Shown here: positions 1 to 14,522 of the stretch, piece after piece | Layout of the letters: each line of letters begins with the position of its first letter | How positions within the stretch are numbered: the first letter of the stretch is position 1 | Assembly: GCF_006345805.1 (NCBI RefSeq) | Contig: NC_043000.1 | Span: 97,340,001-97,404,000 of the forward strand | Reading direction: 5' to 3' | From: Octopus sinensis | Taxonomy: Eukaryota | DNA length: 64,000 nt | Position numbers and translations under genes: made by a program | Notes under the pieces: generated by a model | Seen by the model: only the letters and a program-made list of their open reading frames with translations | The model's database searches: none | Told to the model about the DNA's origin: nothing

Positions 1-99
1 GTGCGTATATGAACATACTTGTAGATGAAAGTTAGACATATAAAGACGCACATAAAATACACACATACACATATATTTATGTGTACGTCTCTTCAATTT

Positions 100-1335
100 T
101 TTATTTATTATAAATCTTCCACCGAGGCGGGAGCCGGTGTCCAACAAAGATACAAGGCTCTATCTTTGGGATGTAGTTAACACAGACAAATTCACATTTG
201 CATCTTGAGAAAAGTCTTGCATATTTTTACTGTTCCACTCACAGATTGCACTTGTAATGCACGAATCAGCCGAGCAATTTCTCTTTCTGAAAATCCCAGT
301 TTATTCAAATTCTCCTTTAAGCATTTACTAACAAAGCCTAGTGTTCCAATTATTATTGGTGTGAATATGAATTCATAATCTGGATATAGAAGTTGGAGGT
401 TTCGAAGCAATTATCCATAGATATCCTCTTTTTCTTCGATTTTCAAAGAGATGTTTATATCTACAGGACAGCTAATCTCTATGATGGTACATACTTTTGC
501 CCTTCTGTCCCAAACAACAATATCTAGCCTGTTATGCTTACATTTGACAAAAGTTTTGATGGGAATATTCCACCAGTATTCCTTAAGTTGGTGTTATGAA
601 AGTATTCCATAACAAAGGGATTTTCTAAGTTTATTTAAGGAGAGTCTTTCTTGCGGATTGCATTGTGAATTGTTTTAGCAACAACATCGTGTTGCATAGG
701 GAGGTAGTACCATGACAACATTTTAGGACAGCTGCTAATCATATACGTAATATCTTCCACAGAAGCATTACATCCTACACATGCGGTTGGGATTACAAGA
801 GACGTCACTGTCTCTCTTGTTCACCAGATATTTTGTGGCAAATTCCTGTTCCTGGATTGCGAACACATATAGCCTTCAAAGTGTGATGTGATATAATGGT
901 CTTGTGTCCAAGAGAGGCTGCGCATCGTGTCAATTCTACTGTCTTCTTCAAGCTTCTGGGAAACATACCCATGTATGGTTTTTTTTTTGTATGCTAAGTG
1001 CTTTCCATCCAGGTCTTCTCTGAGGTAAGAGAGCCCAGCTGTTTTGGGGCTGTATAAGAGATCATCAGGAAGAGAGTGTTTCTTGAGTTCACTGCCATCT
1101 TGTACAATGTTGCTCACTTCACTTTTCAGGACTGCATTAATATATTTATTTTTGCTGCTGTTGTTTAACAGGTGCTGCCTGAGTGATATAATACGGCATT
1201 CGAAGGCCGTCTGCACTAATCTTAGGCCTCTAACACCTTCATTTCTTCTTAGGTAGAGCCTGTCAACATCACTGTTTTTGTGGAAGTTCCCAGTTGTTGT
1301 CAGGATTTTGCAGGTTTTGATATTTATGGAGTGGC
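100..1335 (-). mobile_element. 5'-truncated RLE-type non-LTR retrotransposon (R4/Dong-like), frameshifted 3' part
   Basis: Minus-strand translation across frameshifts gives HKNSDVDRLYLRRNEGVRGL (post-RT motif), a decayed CCHC knuckle (CRM..VEDITYMISSCPK), QHDVVAK, HNRLDIVVWD..CTIIEISCP (PD-(D/E)xK-type endonuclease) and the C-terminus PIIIGTLG...KICKTFLK; short 3' UTR ending in an A-rich tail near 100. Confidence 0.85.
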
Positions 1336-2569
1336 TGTATGTATGTATGTATGTATGTATGTATGTATGTATGCATGCATGTATGTATGTATGTATGTAT
1401 GTATGTATGTATGTATGTATGTATGTATGTATGTATGTGTGCGTATATGTATGTGTCTGCGGGCACGTAGACTGGTACACACTTATATGCAGATATGAAT
1501 ATATGTGACTATATGAATAAATACATATGCATATGCAAACCCTAGCCGAGATTTTCTACCAGATCCTTTCCATTGTTCTCGCCATTAGCTCTTGAACATT
1601 TGTGAGGGTCGACCGCCAAATTCAGATAAGTCCTATTGTTCAAGTGAATATTCCTGGGTTAACGTAGGTAATCCAATTTATTTCCCATCATTCTCAGACC
1701 TACATTCGGCTTTCCAACATGTATAAATACGAATCCTCTATGTATATTAGGGGACAATTGTTTTCGCTTTCAGACGCCGCACGTCTTTCTATTTCTACCA
1801 AACAAACTCTTCCCAACATCCGCAATAGACACAGTCATTATCAAAGGCACAACGAACCTTGTCATTGTTATTTCCCATTTTGCCACAGTAAAACAGCCGA
1901 CTAATTCAGTCTTTCATATATTGAACCTAAAATCGAATTCCTAGAAAAATAAAATCTGTAAGAAATAACTTTTTCTGTTGATTTTTATGGTGCATATTAC
2001 ATGGTTTCACGATGTTCAAATAATCTAGCAGTAACATAAACGGTTACATATACGCACAGATACATGTATGTATGCGTGTGTAAATGTATGTATATGAAGT
2101 GACCTCTCTCGAAAGATGATTATTCCAGTTATTCGATCTACGGAACGGCTTACACGTTGAATCAGCGTGTAAATGGCTGAGAATTCTATAGACATGCGAA
2201 CTCTTAACGTTATTCTCTGAAAGAATCAACATGTCATGTCTTACGAGTCTTGGCCCTTTCAATTACAATTATCCTCTGTCTGACGGGACTCCAGTCACTT
2301 TCCTTCTCTCCAATATCACCCGCTTGATTTGAATTGACTTTAGCTTACAATACAAAACACTTGTCGAAAATGACACCGAAGAAGGTATGGTTAGCATATC
2401 ATAGAATCGATACTCAGTTATTATAGGTCGTGTTCCTGGAGCTGACATTCTTTCGTACTTTATTGCGTTGTTACTGCAAGTTTGCATTAACAAGAATGTA
2501 TGTATGTGTGTAAGCATGTATATATATGTAGGTATGTACACACATATATATATACATATATGTATGTAT

Positions 2570-2627
<58 letters not shown>

Positions 2628-3513
2628 TATTATATATTATTATATGATCGAACGCCATGCATCCACTTCCAAGTAAGTTTTATCTTAATAAGTCTGATGC
2701 GCACTCTACAACTACCCTATTCTCCCTCTCTTATTCTTCTTTCTTTCTGTTTTTCTCTCCCACCCTTTCTCTAATTCTTGTCCTACCCTTCACCGTTCTC
2801 TTTCCTCTCTCACTCTTCCTCCTTGACTTTCTCGTTGCTCATACGTGACCAGCGGCTATCTTTCTTTCTTCTCCTTGCCTTACAAGGGACAAGACACACT
2901 TTTGCCTGTCTCCTCTCAAAGTTAGTTTCTCCAGCATTCACCACTTCACCTCGTTATGGCTTAACATCCCTTACCGTTTGTGTTTACTGTTTTGTTATTA
3001 CTGTCCTGTTTTTGTTACCACTTTAACCCTCTGCAAATCCCAAATTTTATTTAATTTGCTTTGCGGGAACGACTGTTTTCACGAAGTCGCGTCTTGTTTC
3101 TTTCGCTGATCGAAAAAAAGTTCGTTTTCCATGTTTTTACTTTTTTATGTTCTCGTTTATCATTTTGTTCACGTTTTTTTACGTCTTGTACCCATGTATG
3201 CATGTACATATATGTATGTATATGTGCATATATATATTATTTATATTATATATCTATACACACATATACATACATATATGTATGTATATATATATATATA
3301 TTTGTGTATATCAAGGGTTCTGATTTGGAACTGAGTTTCTTGCTTAACAGCAATTATGAAACTGCTCCTTTTCTCATATCAGAGTTCTTTTAATGTGGAC
3401 TGGTTTCTATCAGGGTCTGCTGGGGATCGATGTATGCATATATGCATACATTTGCATGTATGTGTGTGTGTGCGTGCGCGCGCATGCATATATATATATA
3501 AAATATATGTATT

Positions 3514-3943
3514 GGCGCATGTGTGGCTGTGTTGTAAGAAACTCGCTTCCCAACCACTTGCTTCGGCGCTCCGTTCCACAGCGCGGTACCTTAGGCAGAC
3601 ATGTTCTACTATTGCCCCAAACTGAGCAAAGCCTTATGGGCAAATATGGTAGACGGAAACTGAAAGACACCCATTGTATATATGTTTGTGAGCGTGTGTA
3701 TGTGTGTACATATATGAATTTGAAATCTACATATATGCCTTTGTGTTTGTCCACCACCACTTGACAAACGGTGTCGGTTTGTTTACGTTCCCTAACTTAG
3801 AGGTTCGGCAAGAGACAGCGATAGAAGAAATACCAGGTTTACAAAACAATTAGTACTGGGGCGATTTGCTCGGCGACACCCTTCAACACGATTCCCCAGC
3901 ATGCCCACAGTCCAGTGAGTGAAGCAAGTAAAAGATAAAAGAT
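3514..3943 (+). mobile_element. tRNA-derived SINE, family A (CORE-like), diverged copy
   Basis: tRNA-like head, ggtagacggaaactgaaag core, internal (TG)n and (AAAAGAT)n tail; colinear with the copies at 18215-18568 and 47914-48341. Confidence 0.8.
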
Positions 3944-3962
3944 ATATACTAATGTGTGCATA

Positions 3963-4185
3963 CACAAGGGTGTGCTGAAACGTCCCTGGCTTAAGGGTGT
4001 CACGAAAGACTTAATTGTAGGCCCAACCATCCCAGTTCCTTTTCAGGGCTTAGAAGAACTGAAGGACCGCTGCAATGAGTGTGTGAATCTGAGAGGTGAA
4101 TATATATTGAATGAAATCATAATTAACTGATCCTCCTGTATTCTCTTTTACCCAAAGCCAGGAATTTTTCAACAACCCCACGTGT
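3963..4185 (+). mobile_element. Mariner-derived MITE
   Basis: About 30-bp imperfect TIRs (caagggtgtgctgaaacgtccctggctt / aagccaggaatttttcaacaacccca); the interior reads GLEELKDRCNECVNLRGEY, like a mariner transposase C-terminus; homologous copies at 14523 and 17594. Confidence 0.75.
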
Positions 4186-4237
4186 GTTCGTGTGTGTATG
4201 TGTGTGTGTGTGTGTACACATACTAATATACATGTGT

Positions 4238-4440
<203 letters not shown>

Positions 4441-5225
4441 GGTAGAGACACCAACGAGTGGATAATTTGTTTTACAATAATACAAGATTCCAGGTTTGCT
4501 TCCATTGTGTAATATCATCTTGAATAAATGACTTTTCCCAAAGTTTAAGGGTGCCCCAAGTTTCCTGACTGAAATTCAACAGACATATTTGCAAGCCTGT
4601 CGAATAAATTTTCCCTTAATTTCAATGGCCAGCTTTCTTACACTCGGTCACACTGATTCTGATCTGACATATATGATCCAAAATACGGTAATCGACTCAT
4701 CCCCTTCTCTGAAACTACTGGCCCTGTGCCGAAATTTGAAACATGTATGTGTATCTGCATGTATTATGACAGAAAAAAGACAGTAAGAAAGACGGACGTG
4801 TGTGTGTATGCATTTATTTGTGTGTGGTTAACTGGTGGCTGGTGACTCGTCTTTGCCACCCAATTTATATCTAAATACCATGTGTTTCCTTCGGAGGAAG
4901 AACGGGGGAAAATAGAGTGTGGGAGAGAGGGAGAGTGTGGGGGATTGTGTGAGGGAGGAAGAGAGTATGAGAAAAAAATCTGAAAAATAGCATAATTCAT
5001 GAGGCAGACATTGACATTACTTTGATTTTTCAGTTAGAGAACGAACTGGAGTAAATGATATGTATAGGATGTGTTTTTGCCGATTTGATCACCTTTGCCA
5101 CATTTTCCACTCTGATGTTATTATGTCGACTTATGAGGGTCGTTATATGAGTAGGTATGAGCATGCATACAGATAGACACATACACACACATATAGTTAT
5201 AGATGTAGATATATAATATATATAC

Positions 5226-5768
5226 GTGGGTGTGTTAAGAAGCTTGCTTCCCAACTACATTGTTCTGGGTTCAGTCGCACTGCGTGGCTCCTTGGGCAAG
5301 TGTCTTCTACTATAGCTTCAGGCCGACTAAAGCCTTGTGAGTGGATTTGGTAGACGGAAACTGAAAGAAGCCCGTCGTATATGTATATCTATATATGTTT
5401 CTGTGTCTGTTTTTGTCACTCCACACCGTCGCTTGATAACCGATGTTGGTGTGTTTATGTCCTCGAAAAATAGCAGTTCGCATGCATACATATGTAGAGA
5501 TAGAGAGAGAGATGCACTATATATATAGGCGCAGCTGTTGGTAAGTCTTCACGGTGTTCAGTCCCACTGCGTGGCATCTGGGGCAAGTGTATTCTGCTAT
5601 AGCCCGCCGACCAATGCTGTGAGATGGTAGACGGACTGAAAGAGTCGGATATATATATATGTATACTATTGCTTATAGATGCTGGTGTGTTAGTAATTAT
5701 ACCGATAGAATAAGTATAAAAGGTTATATCAAATATGAAACAAGTAAAGAGTAAAAGAGTAAAAGAGT
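5226..5768 (+). mobile_element. Two adjacent partial family-A SINE copies (about 5226-5462 and 5528-5768)
   Basis: cttgggcaagtgtcttctactatagc...gccgactaaagccttgtgagtggatttggtagacggaaactgaaagaagcccgtcg matches the family; the second copy is internally deleted and ends in a (GAGTAAAA)n tail. Confidence 0.75.
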
Positions 5769-5769
5769 A

Positions 5770-7146
5770 TATATATATATATATACAGATATATATACAC
5801 ACATACATATGTATATATATATATATACATACAGACATACATACATATACATATATATATATATACATATATATATACATATATATATATATATGCACAC
5901 ACACACATATATGGATGGATGGATGGATGGATGGATCTCATTCGTACTCGACGGTGTATATTCCACACGTTCGATATGCTGCAGTAGGTTAAAAGTTGCT
6001 AAGTATTCCATAATCACCTGTAGCTGTAAAGTAATCCTCAGACAGAATCAGTGTCGTGGCAAGGAGTGCAAGGCTGGTGCTTTGAATTACTAAGAGAATC
6101 TATCCGACAGTTATTCTAACAGTTTCCGTCTCCTGGATTTCAATCATAAAGGTCCTAACTATGGTAAAACTTCACTTATCTAACATGACCCGATGCAGAA
6201 GGATCGAAACTGGTAATCATATGATTGCAAAGCAAGCTTCTTAACCATCTGACTACATATGTGTGCGCTCGCGTTGTTTACTGTAGTGAAATGTCATTTG
6301 AACCTGAACGCTTGCCGGATCGTGCATGGTACGCTTTACAAGCCCGTCTGATTACTGCACTCTACGTGTCGTTCATGAACTTGAAGTAGCTCAGTATAAC
6401 TCCTTTAATCAGCAAGGTATATACATATACATGTGTATATATATATATATTATATATATGATATATATATATATATATAATATATATATATATAATATAT
6501 ATATAAAGATATATACTATATACAAACATACATATGTATATATATATATATACATACAGACATACATACATATACATATATATATACATATATATATATA
6601 TTGCACACCAACACATATAGGGAGATGGATGGATGGATGGATGGATCTCATTCGTACTCGACGGTGTATATTCCACACGTTCGATATGCTGCAGTAGTGT
6701 AAAAGTTGCTAAGTATTCCATAATCACCTGTAGCTGTAAAGTAATCCTCAGACAGAATCAGTGTCGTGGCAAGGAGTGCCAAGGCTGGTGCTTTGAATTA
6801 CTAAGAGAATCTATCCGACAGTTATTCTAACATTTTCCGTCTCCTGGATTTCAATCATAAAGGTCCTAACTATGGTAAAACTTCACTTATCTAACATGAC
6901 CCGATGCAGAAGGATCGAAACTGGTAATTCATATGATTGCAAAGCAAGCTTCTTAACCATCTGACTACATATGTGTGCGCTCGCGTTGCTTACTGTAGTG
7001 AACTGTCATTTGAACCTGAACGCTTGCCGGATCGTGCATGGTACGCTTTACAAGCCCGTCTGATTACTGCACTCTACGTGTCGTTCATGAAACTTGAAGT
7101 AGCTCACGTATAACTCCTTTAATCAGCAAATGATATATACATATAC

Positions 7147-7218
<72 letters not shown>
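5770..7218. repeat. Tandem duplication, period about 710 bp (possible assembly artefact)
   Basis: atggatctcattcgtactcg at 5931 and 6641; a ~480-bp unique core is repeated almost exactly and both junctions lie in (TA)n/(TACA)n. Confidence 0.95.
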
Positions 7219-7220
<2 letters not shown>

Positions 7221-9781
7221 AGCAGTAGTATTGCCCGGCTCGTGCGCTCGTGCGTTCTATGCAAGCGCGAATTAAGCTAACGTGGATGAAGTTCAATCAA
7301 AATTCAATTATTTTGGTTTTAAAATCAAGCATTTAATGCCCTTTATTTTTGCGCTTATGTATTCCATTTACTCAATAGGAAGTACGTAGAAGCGTTTCAT
7401 AAATTTTTGTTGATCAAATAATTGCTTACATGGCTTACAGTTTCATCTCACGTCTTAGCTCCGTTATAAAGTGTCATCTATCATACGCTCGTATTACCTA
7501 CACGACAATCTTAAATGAAGTTTGGTAAATAGAGACTTTGTAGAAATAACAACACTACATCAGCTTTGGGGGATTTTTGCAGAACCACTCTGTGGCAAGT
7601 AATTGGGTTAAGTCTCCGGTCTAGAAATAGCTTAGATAACTTACTTTCTTCCTCCAACCACCCGTTGAGGCTTGAAAAAGTCATTAGTACTTTGTTGCTT
7701 AAACTAAGGCAAAAAAGATAAAGAAACCCTAGCGATAACGCTGAATAATAGGAAGATTTATTGGCTTTCAGTGCTGAGTTCCAGCAATAAGCTGAAGACA
7801 TAAACTGATTGTTAAGAGGACCCTGGTAACTGGCGTCTGCTTCTTCTAATATTAACAGTGCGTTGATTGTTGTACGAGTAGGATGTGAATAAATAGAGGA
7901 TTTAGACACTTGGCATGAGAACAAATATAGTTTAATGAAAGTTTTGTCGGCTATCGAAATGCAACCAGACAGTCTTTCGATCTCATAGAAATAGCAGCTA
8001 GATTTTATACATATGGCTGCGTAGTTTTAGACATCCTAAGTCAGAAAAAAGGAGGGAATAGTCAGTTGCCCATAAGTCTACTTTTCAGCAACATTTCTGT
8101 GAGACAACTCAGAAGACAATGAGATATGTAGATCGCCCTGGTCATCCACTACGTATCTGGTATACTTCCAGTCATCTTGCCGGCCTTGCTACTTGTCCAG
8201 GATGTCAATGACGAGACAGTGAGGTTGTTATCCTGGTACAGCTCACCCTCACTACAATTCTAGTTCTGTACAAGAGAAAACAAGAACATTTTAGAACCAT
8301 AAATAGACGGCAAAACTTTCTGTAGATTTCTCGCTCGTGCGGGTACACGGAAGATATAGTATAGTGGAAGAGCACTAGGGATTCTCCGGCTGCTTGCACT
8401 ACTGTGTCTTCTTTTGTAGATGTGTTTCTTTTAAAACGGGGTCTAGATCTTCCTCGAGGAAAAAAAAATACAAAAATACGAAGAAGACCAATACAAGGTG
8501 GGTTATGAATATAGAAATAAATATGCGAACGTATATCTAGAAATACTTAGACCCACGAGGGCTTTTCAACAGCTTGATATGAGGATCGAACTATCAATTT
8601 TAAAGACACTGAAGAAAAAACTTCATTATCAAGAGAGTCTTGTAACTGCCATTGAATTCACTTATTAGTTGTGAAGAGATAGTTTGAGTAGAACGGTGTG
8701 GATAAACAGAGGCATTGAGCCACTTGGCACACAAACGGATATTGTTTGGGAAAATTTTGCAAGCTATCGAAATATGTACATTAATGTAGATAATGTAGTC
8801 CTAAATTTCCATATGACTGAAAAAAAAGTGACTAAATTGTCATGACTGTAACGTCTGTGGCCTTATGAATTTGCTCGATTAGGGTTGACCAATTAAGCAA
8901 TTCATCAAAATTCGCACACCATTCCGTCTCCGTACTGATTATAATAATATTAGCAGGAGGTTATTAAAATGTAAACAAAAAACTTACGACTGATGGAGCA
9001 CATTTTCGTAACGATATAAAGGTTGACGGCTCGACAATAATTACTCAACCGTAACGTATCTACGCAGCCATATGTGATGCTTTCCCGTTATTATCTGAGC
9101 TAAGTGATGAAAGAAGAAGAAAAACTAGACCATATCCTTAGTGTGTATTTGTGGAAAGGTATAAAATAAGATGAAGACAACAACAATAACAAAAACAAAA
9201 GCAAAAGAGGGTCGACCTCATACGGTGGCGCTTCTAGACATTTCTGGATGCTTCATCAGTTTATCTCATTGACGGACATTTTCTACTCGATAAGATTCTA
9301 TTTCTAACTGCCAAAAGGAGTGGAATATTTCAATTAACACACACTGCTAGACACAAACAAAATACAAACAAAAATCTAGTTATTCAATTTTCTTCCAAGT
9401 CGTTTTACTTTGCGTGGTTTACTATTTGTTATTCAAAATATTTTTCGATTATTTTGTTTTGTTTTTCTTTCTTTATTCTGTGTGGGCATGTTCGCCTCTG
9501 TGTGTACGTGTATGGATATATATACGTGTATGTGTGTTTGTGAAGATGTGTGTATACACTCACACACACACACACACACACACATACATATATATATTAT
9601 ATATATATATATATAATATATATTATATATATATTACGCACACATACATATATATCTATATCTATCTATCTATCTATTTATCAATGCATCCATTTCAAAG
9701 TAAGTTTTATATGTGTGTGTTTATATATATATATATAATATATATATATATATATAATATATATATATATATATAACACAC

Positions 9782-9812
<31 letters not shown>

Positions 9813-9901
9813 ACATTCATACATACATACATATATACATACATACATAGTAACGTATACACATATGTGTATACATATATATATACTCAGATAGATAGAT
9901 T

Positions 9902-9970
<69 letters not shown>

Positions 9971-10206
9971 GCAGACAGACAGACAGACAGACATATTACA
10001 CTCGGTAAGAAGATACGTCCCTTCAAAGGATACATTATAATTAGTCACAGCGAGGTGTTTTTCACCAAAAATGCCCAACCAACGCTCATATATATTGAGA
10101 ATTATTGGGGCTTATAGCTTTAAGTATGTGCAGTGAAAGATTAAATGGAAAGAGCCAACTTTTTATACACTGTACAAAGGAAGTTAGCCTTTCTGAGTTT
10201 TTCTGG

Positions 10207-10299
10207 CGGTGTCGTGATCGAGTGATTAAGTCAATCCATTGAATTCAATGGAAAATCCACAGGATTTTCCCCTCGAAGGTTCAAATCCTATCGGCGATG
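10207..10299 (+). pseudogene. tRNA-Ser-derived pseudogene or SINE head
   Basis: gtcgtgatcgagtgattaag...aaatccacaggattttcccctcgaaggttcaaatcctatcgg aligns to metazoan tRNA-Ser (GTCGTGGCCGAGTGGTTAAG...AAATCCATTGGGGTTTCCCCGCGCAGGTTCGAATCCTGCCG); B box intact, A box and anticodon arm disrupted. Confidence 0.65.
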
Positions 10300-11274
10300 A
10301 ATTAATTTTCATTTACTGGCTTTCTCAGTAATTTACTGGCTTTTTCAGTATTTTACTGGCTTTTTCACAAACTTTAGAGAACCAAGATAACCTAACGTAA
10401 CACAAATCTAAACTTTCACTTTTAGACTTATCATCGCAGAAGTTTCGAACCTGATACAGGAAATATGAATATGCACAATGCTTGTGTCGCAAGCCACCAG
10501 CCACAACGACACGACTATCGTCAGTTTCTTAAGTGTGGTTTGGCTCTTTATTATCAGAATCTTGAAAAAGCTGGAAGCTTCTGATGTGTACGTGTTATCC
10601 GAGACGAAAAGAAAGATTTTCAGCCGTCAGGCGTCATCAGGACAGTCGAGTTCCAGGGAGCCATTTGCGACATTTCTGGAGCTATGATGATGGCCGCCGA
10701 GCAACTCAAATTGACGAGGGTCTCTTGTTAGACTTGTTGTACACGAGTACATTAGGTACAAATCCTACGTGATGAAGGAAGAGCAATTCACAATCACAGG
10801 AAAAACTGTGTGCTCGTGTAAATTCCAAATACTACGTAACTTTTTAGCTACCTTTATTTAAGTCCCCGGGACTTCTTCAGGTGATACGTCACACTTAAAA
10901 TATATAAGGGTAGATAAAATAAACAGCAGAGAGAAAGCAGGAACATTACGTGATATTCATAGATATCTCAAGACCCTTAGAGTAACAAATATATCCCATA
11001 GAATTTTCGAGACCGAATTGCGGCACTCATCTAGTCCAACAAGTTACTTGTACTGCAGTTACTGTTGTTGTGTGTTGACGAACAAGCATAGGATCGTCTA
11101 CATGACCGCTCATATTACAAGAAATAGCACCCAAATATCCTTCAAAACACACCCTATCGTCTAAAAATGGAAAGGACACAATGAACGATACAATCTCTGA
11201 TATTAATAAAATGATAAAATCGTAACAGTAGAAACACATTTGATCGTAGTTACGCTCATTTAGGACTGCTGCTG

Positions 11275-11326
<52 letters not shown>

Positions 11327-12031
11327 AAGGGAACCTCTATGTGATTGCCTACCCTGCCAGAAATCTTCCTCAGATCATACCCTGCATTTTTAAGAACATA
11401 TGATAACATACTGGATAGCGTCATTTTGGAAAGATCGAATTTTTAAAAATGACAAAAGGTAGATTGGTCATGGCTAGAACGCCTTTGGTCATAACATATA
11501 CTCAATCACGTCTGACGTGAAACTAAACAACAACAACAACAACAACAACAATAACAACATTCCATCAAATAAGTGCATGTGATTGTTAAAAAATACTAAA
11601 TTTCAGAATATCATGTCGTTTATCTGTTTAATTGACGTAAATATATGAATGAAGCTTCTGCAGTTTTATTTCAATAGAGAACAAAAACAAGGATTGACAA
11701 AGTAATTCCATTGAAAAATTGAAGATTTCTCGATAACAATAGAATGTTTATATAGTGAACCACGAAGTGAAAAATGACTAGTCAGAATGAAATGGAAATG
11801 GCGGGCTATCTTTTATCTGATTTGCTGAAGATATAAATATCGGCGCCTGTTTGGCAGGGATCACATTTTTGCTTTTCTTTTCATTATATATTGTATGTAG
11901 ATATTCGATTTGCATTATGTTTACACAAAAGTATTTAGATATGTACATTACCCTGTACATGGTTTTGCTTGAGCGTATTCATACGTGTATGCGTCTGTGT
12001 GTATATGCATGCGTTTGTGTATGTGGGCTTG

Positions 12032-12072
<41 letters not shown>

Positions 12073-12291
12073 ACTTGCGGAGGAATTTGTATTTGCACAG
12101 AGGAGGGTATATCTTTGCAAACATTATCCTTGCGTTAAATTAATGCCATACTAATATATAGGCAAGCACACACAAAGATATATATATATATATATATATC
12201 ATACACTCCTATATATGTGTGTGTGTGTGTGTGTGTGCATGAATGTACGTTTGTATGTTTACATGTATGTATGTATGCATGTATATATGTA

Positions 12292-12322
<31 letters not shown>

Positions 12323-12661
12323 ATAATATTATATATATATATATATAACGAATATGCTTGTATGTAATCGTGTGTCTGTATGGGTGCGTGTGCACGCGCA
12401 CCCATGTGTGCGTGCATGTGTATCCATATTGTAATCTCGAGTTAAATCCAAGACTACAAGTAGTATATTCCCGACTTGAAGAAGTATGACCCTACAGGAA
12501 CTTAACTATTTCAGTACATAGCCTATCTCAACTGGTGAGATGAAGTAGGATATTATACTAAGAATATGATGCGACAGCTATTGAAGCCGTTGCATTTCTC
12601 TAAGGTTATACTTCTTCAAATAAGTGTATATATATATATATATATAATATATGTATATGTA

Positions 12662-12720
<59 letters not shown>

Positions 12721-12885
12721 CACATATATAATATATAGAGAGAGAGAGAGAGAGACAACAAAACACAGACAGACAGATTTGTAAATCTCGAAACCATGTA
12801 TATACATATATATATTTATGTATACATATGTGTGTGTGTTTCTATGTAATGCATATATGAGTATGTATATGTGCTTATCTATCTA

Positions 12886-12921
<36 letters not shown>

Positions 12922-12939
12922 TAGATATATAGATTATAC

Positions 12940-12998
<59 letters not shown>

Positions 12999-13549
12999 AA
13001 TATAGATATATACATATATAATATATAGACACACAGAACACTTAATACACACGCACACACGCACACACACACACACACAAATACATAGAAACAATCACAT
13101 ACGCCGAGTTGACAGGTTTAAAATGACATTGTCAAGCCACTTAGAGAAAAGTAGTCATAGAAAGATGTCTGAAAGTCAAGAAATTTAATCAATAACAGTG
13201 AGTCCGACAAAATATATTTTGCTGAACTCATGGTTGTTGATTGTATTTACACACTCACACATATACACACACAGATGCATAAATACACACATATATACAT
13301 ACGTATGTACGCATATATGTATGTATGCAAGCATGCATGTATATGTATGTATGTATGAATATATGTATGCATGCATGTATGTATGTATGCCATTATTAAG
13401 GCTTATTTCAAGATTTCTTGCCAATAGAGAAGGAGCTGGTTTCTAGTCTAGATCCAAGCTCCTTAATTGAAATCTTAACATCAACAGGATATTTTTGTGT
13501 AAATGTGTGTGTATATGCAGTATTGGAAATCAGGGCATGCATGTATGTT

Positions 13550-13581
<32 letters not shown>

Positions 13582-13689
13582 TGTATGTATGTATGTATGT
13601 TTGTGTATGTTGTTTTTTTTTCTCTTTTTCATTTAGACTAAATTTTGACCGGCCACCTGTTTGGTAGCAAGGTTGTGAAGGAAAACATT

Positions 13690-13988
13690 GTTCATCTTAC
13701 TCTAAATATTAAGAATGTCTTGCAGATTTTGTCTGTCTCAGATATCATAATCATTTACAGGGTGTGAACTAAGGAATTGCATTCTCTCCTCATGAATCCA
13801 AGTTCAGTCACGCTTAGGTCCTCGAAGGTTAGAACGTATCCTGTTGCTCCAATAGTAATAGGAATGAAGTTGAAAATATATCTTGGGTACTGGATTTGCA
13901 AACACAGTAGTCCATAGATGTGTTCTTTCTCCTGTATTTTTCGCAACACATTGATGTCCAGAAGGCAGCTGGTTTCCACAACAAAGCA
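13690..13988 (-). mobile_element. 3' fragment of an RLE-type (R4/Dong-like) LINE
   Basis: ETSCLLDINVLRKIQEKEHIYG..FIPITIGATGYV..ELGF..TL*..KICKTFL, homologous to the C-terminus at 192-410. Confidence 0.8.
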
Positions 13989-14522
13989 ATGTATGTATGT
14001 ATGTATGTATGGTATGTATGTATGTAATGTATGTATCTACGTATGTATTTGGCCAGGTTTAAAACATGTAAAGTGGCTGACCGAAAACAATTTTTAAACG
14101 CAGAAAGGTCATTCGTATCAGTGAAAACATTGGAAAGGGAAAGAAACCTGATAGTTTAACTATGACAGCCATGTTGTAAGAACAGAGTAGGATATTTGAT
14201 AGCTATGTAGATGTTTCTGTCTTACTAGACAGACCTCGTTAGCGAAACATAACACTCTTGCAACACCAAAACCTTAAAGCGATTAATAAATAATTTTTTT
14301 AGTGTCAAAACATTTCACTGATTGGCTAAATAAAAATAGTGACGTTAGAAAATTTCCTAATTAGGCTTTCTGCTTGAAGATCATATAATTAAGTGCACAT
14401 AATATTTTAAGCGGAAAATAATTTTGAACCTATGGAAATTTTTACAGCGTACACATATACACGCAAAGGTACACTCATACATACAGGTGTATACCGTGTG
14501 TGTGTGTGTGTGTGTACACATA

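Noticed and set aside
7218-7270. Helitron-like 5' end (ATCTAGCAGTAG..GCCCGG) after (TA)n
   Set aside because: No matching 3' hairpin/CTRR end or Rep-helicase sequence found.
7511-8420. Non-repetitive ORFs at 7511-7924 and 8205-8399
   Set aside because: No recognisable motif in any frame; not distinguishable from decayed repeat or chance ORFs.
10400-10800. GC-richer stretch with short ORFs and a CTGATGA..GAAA on the minus strand (about 10600-10645)
   Set aside because: No protein motif; the hammerhead-like match lacks stems I and III.
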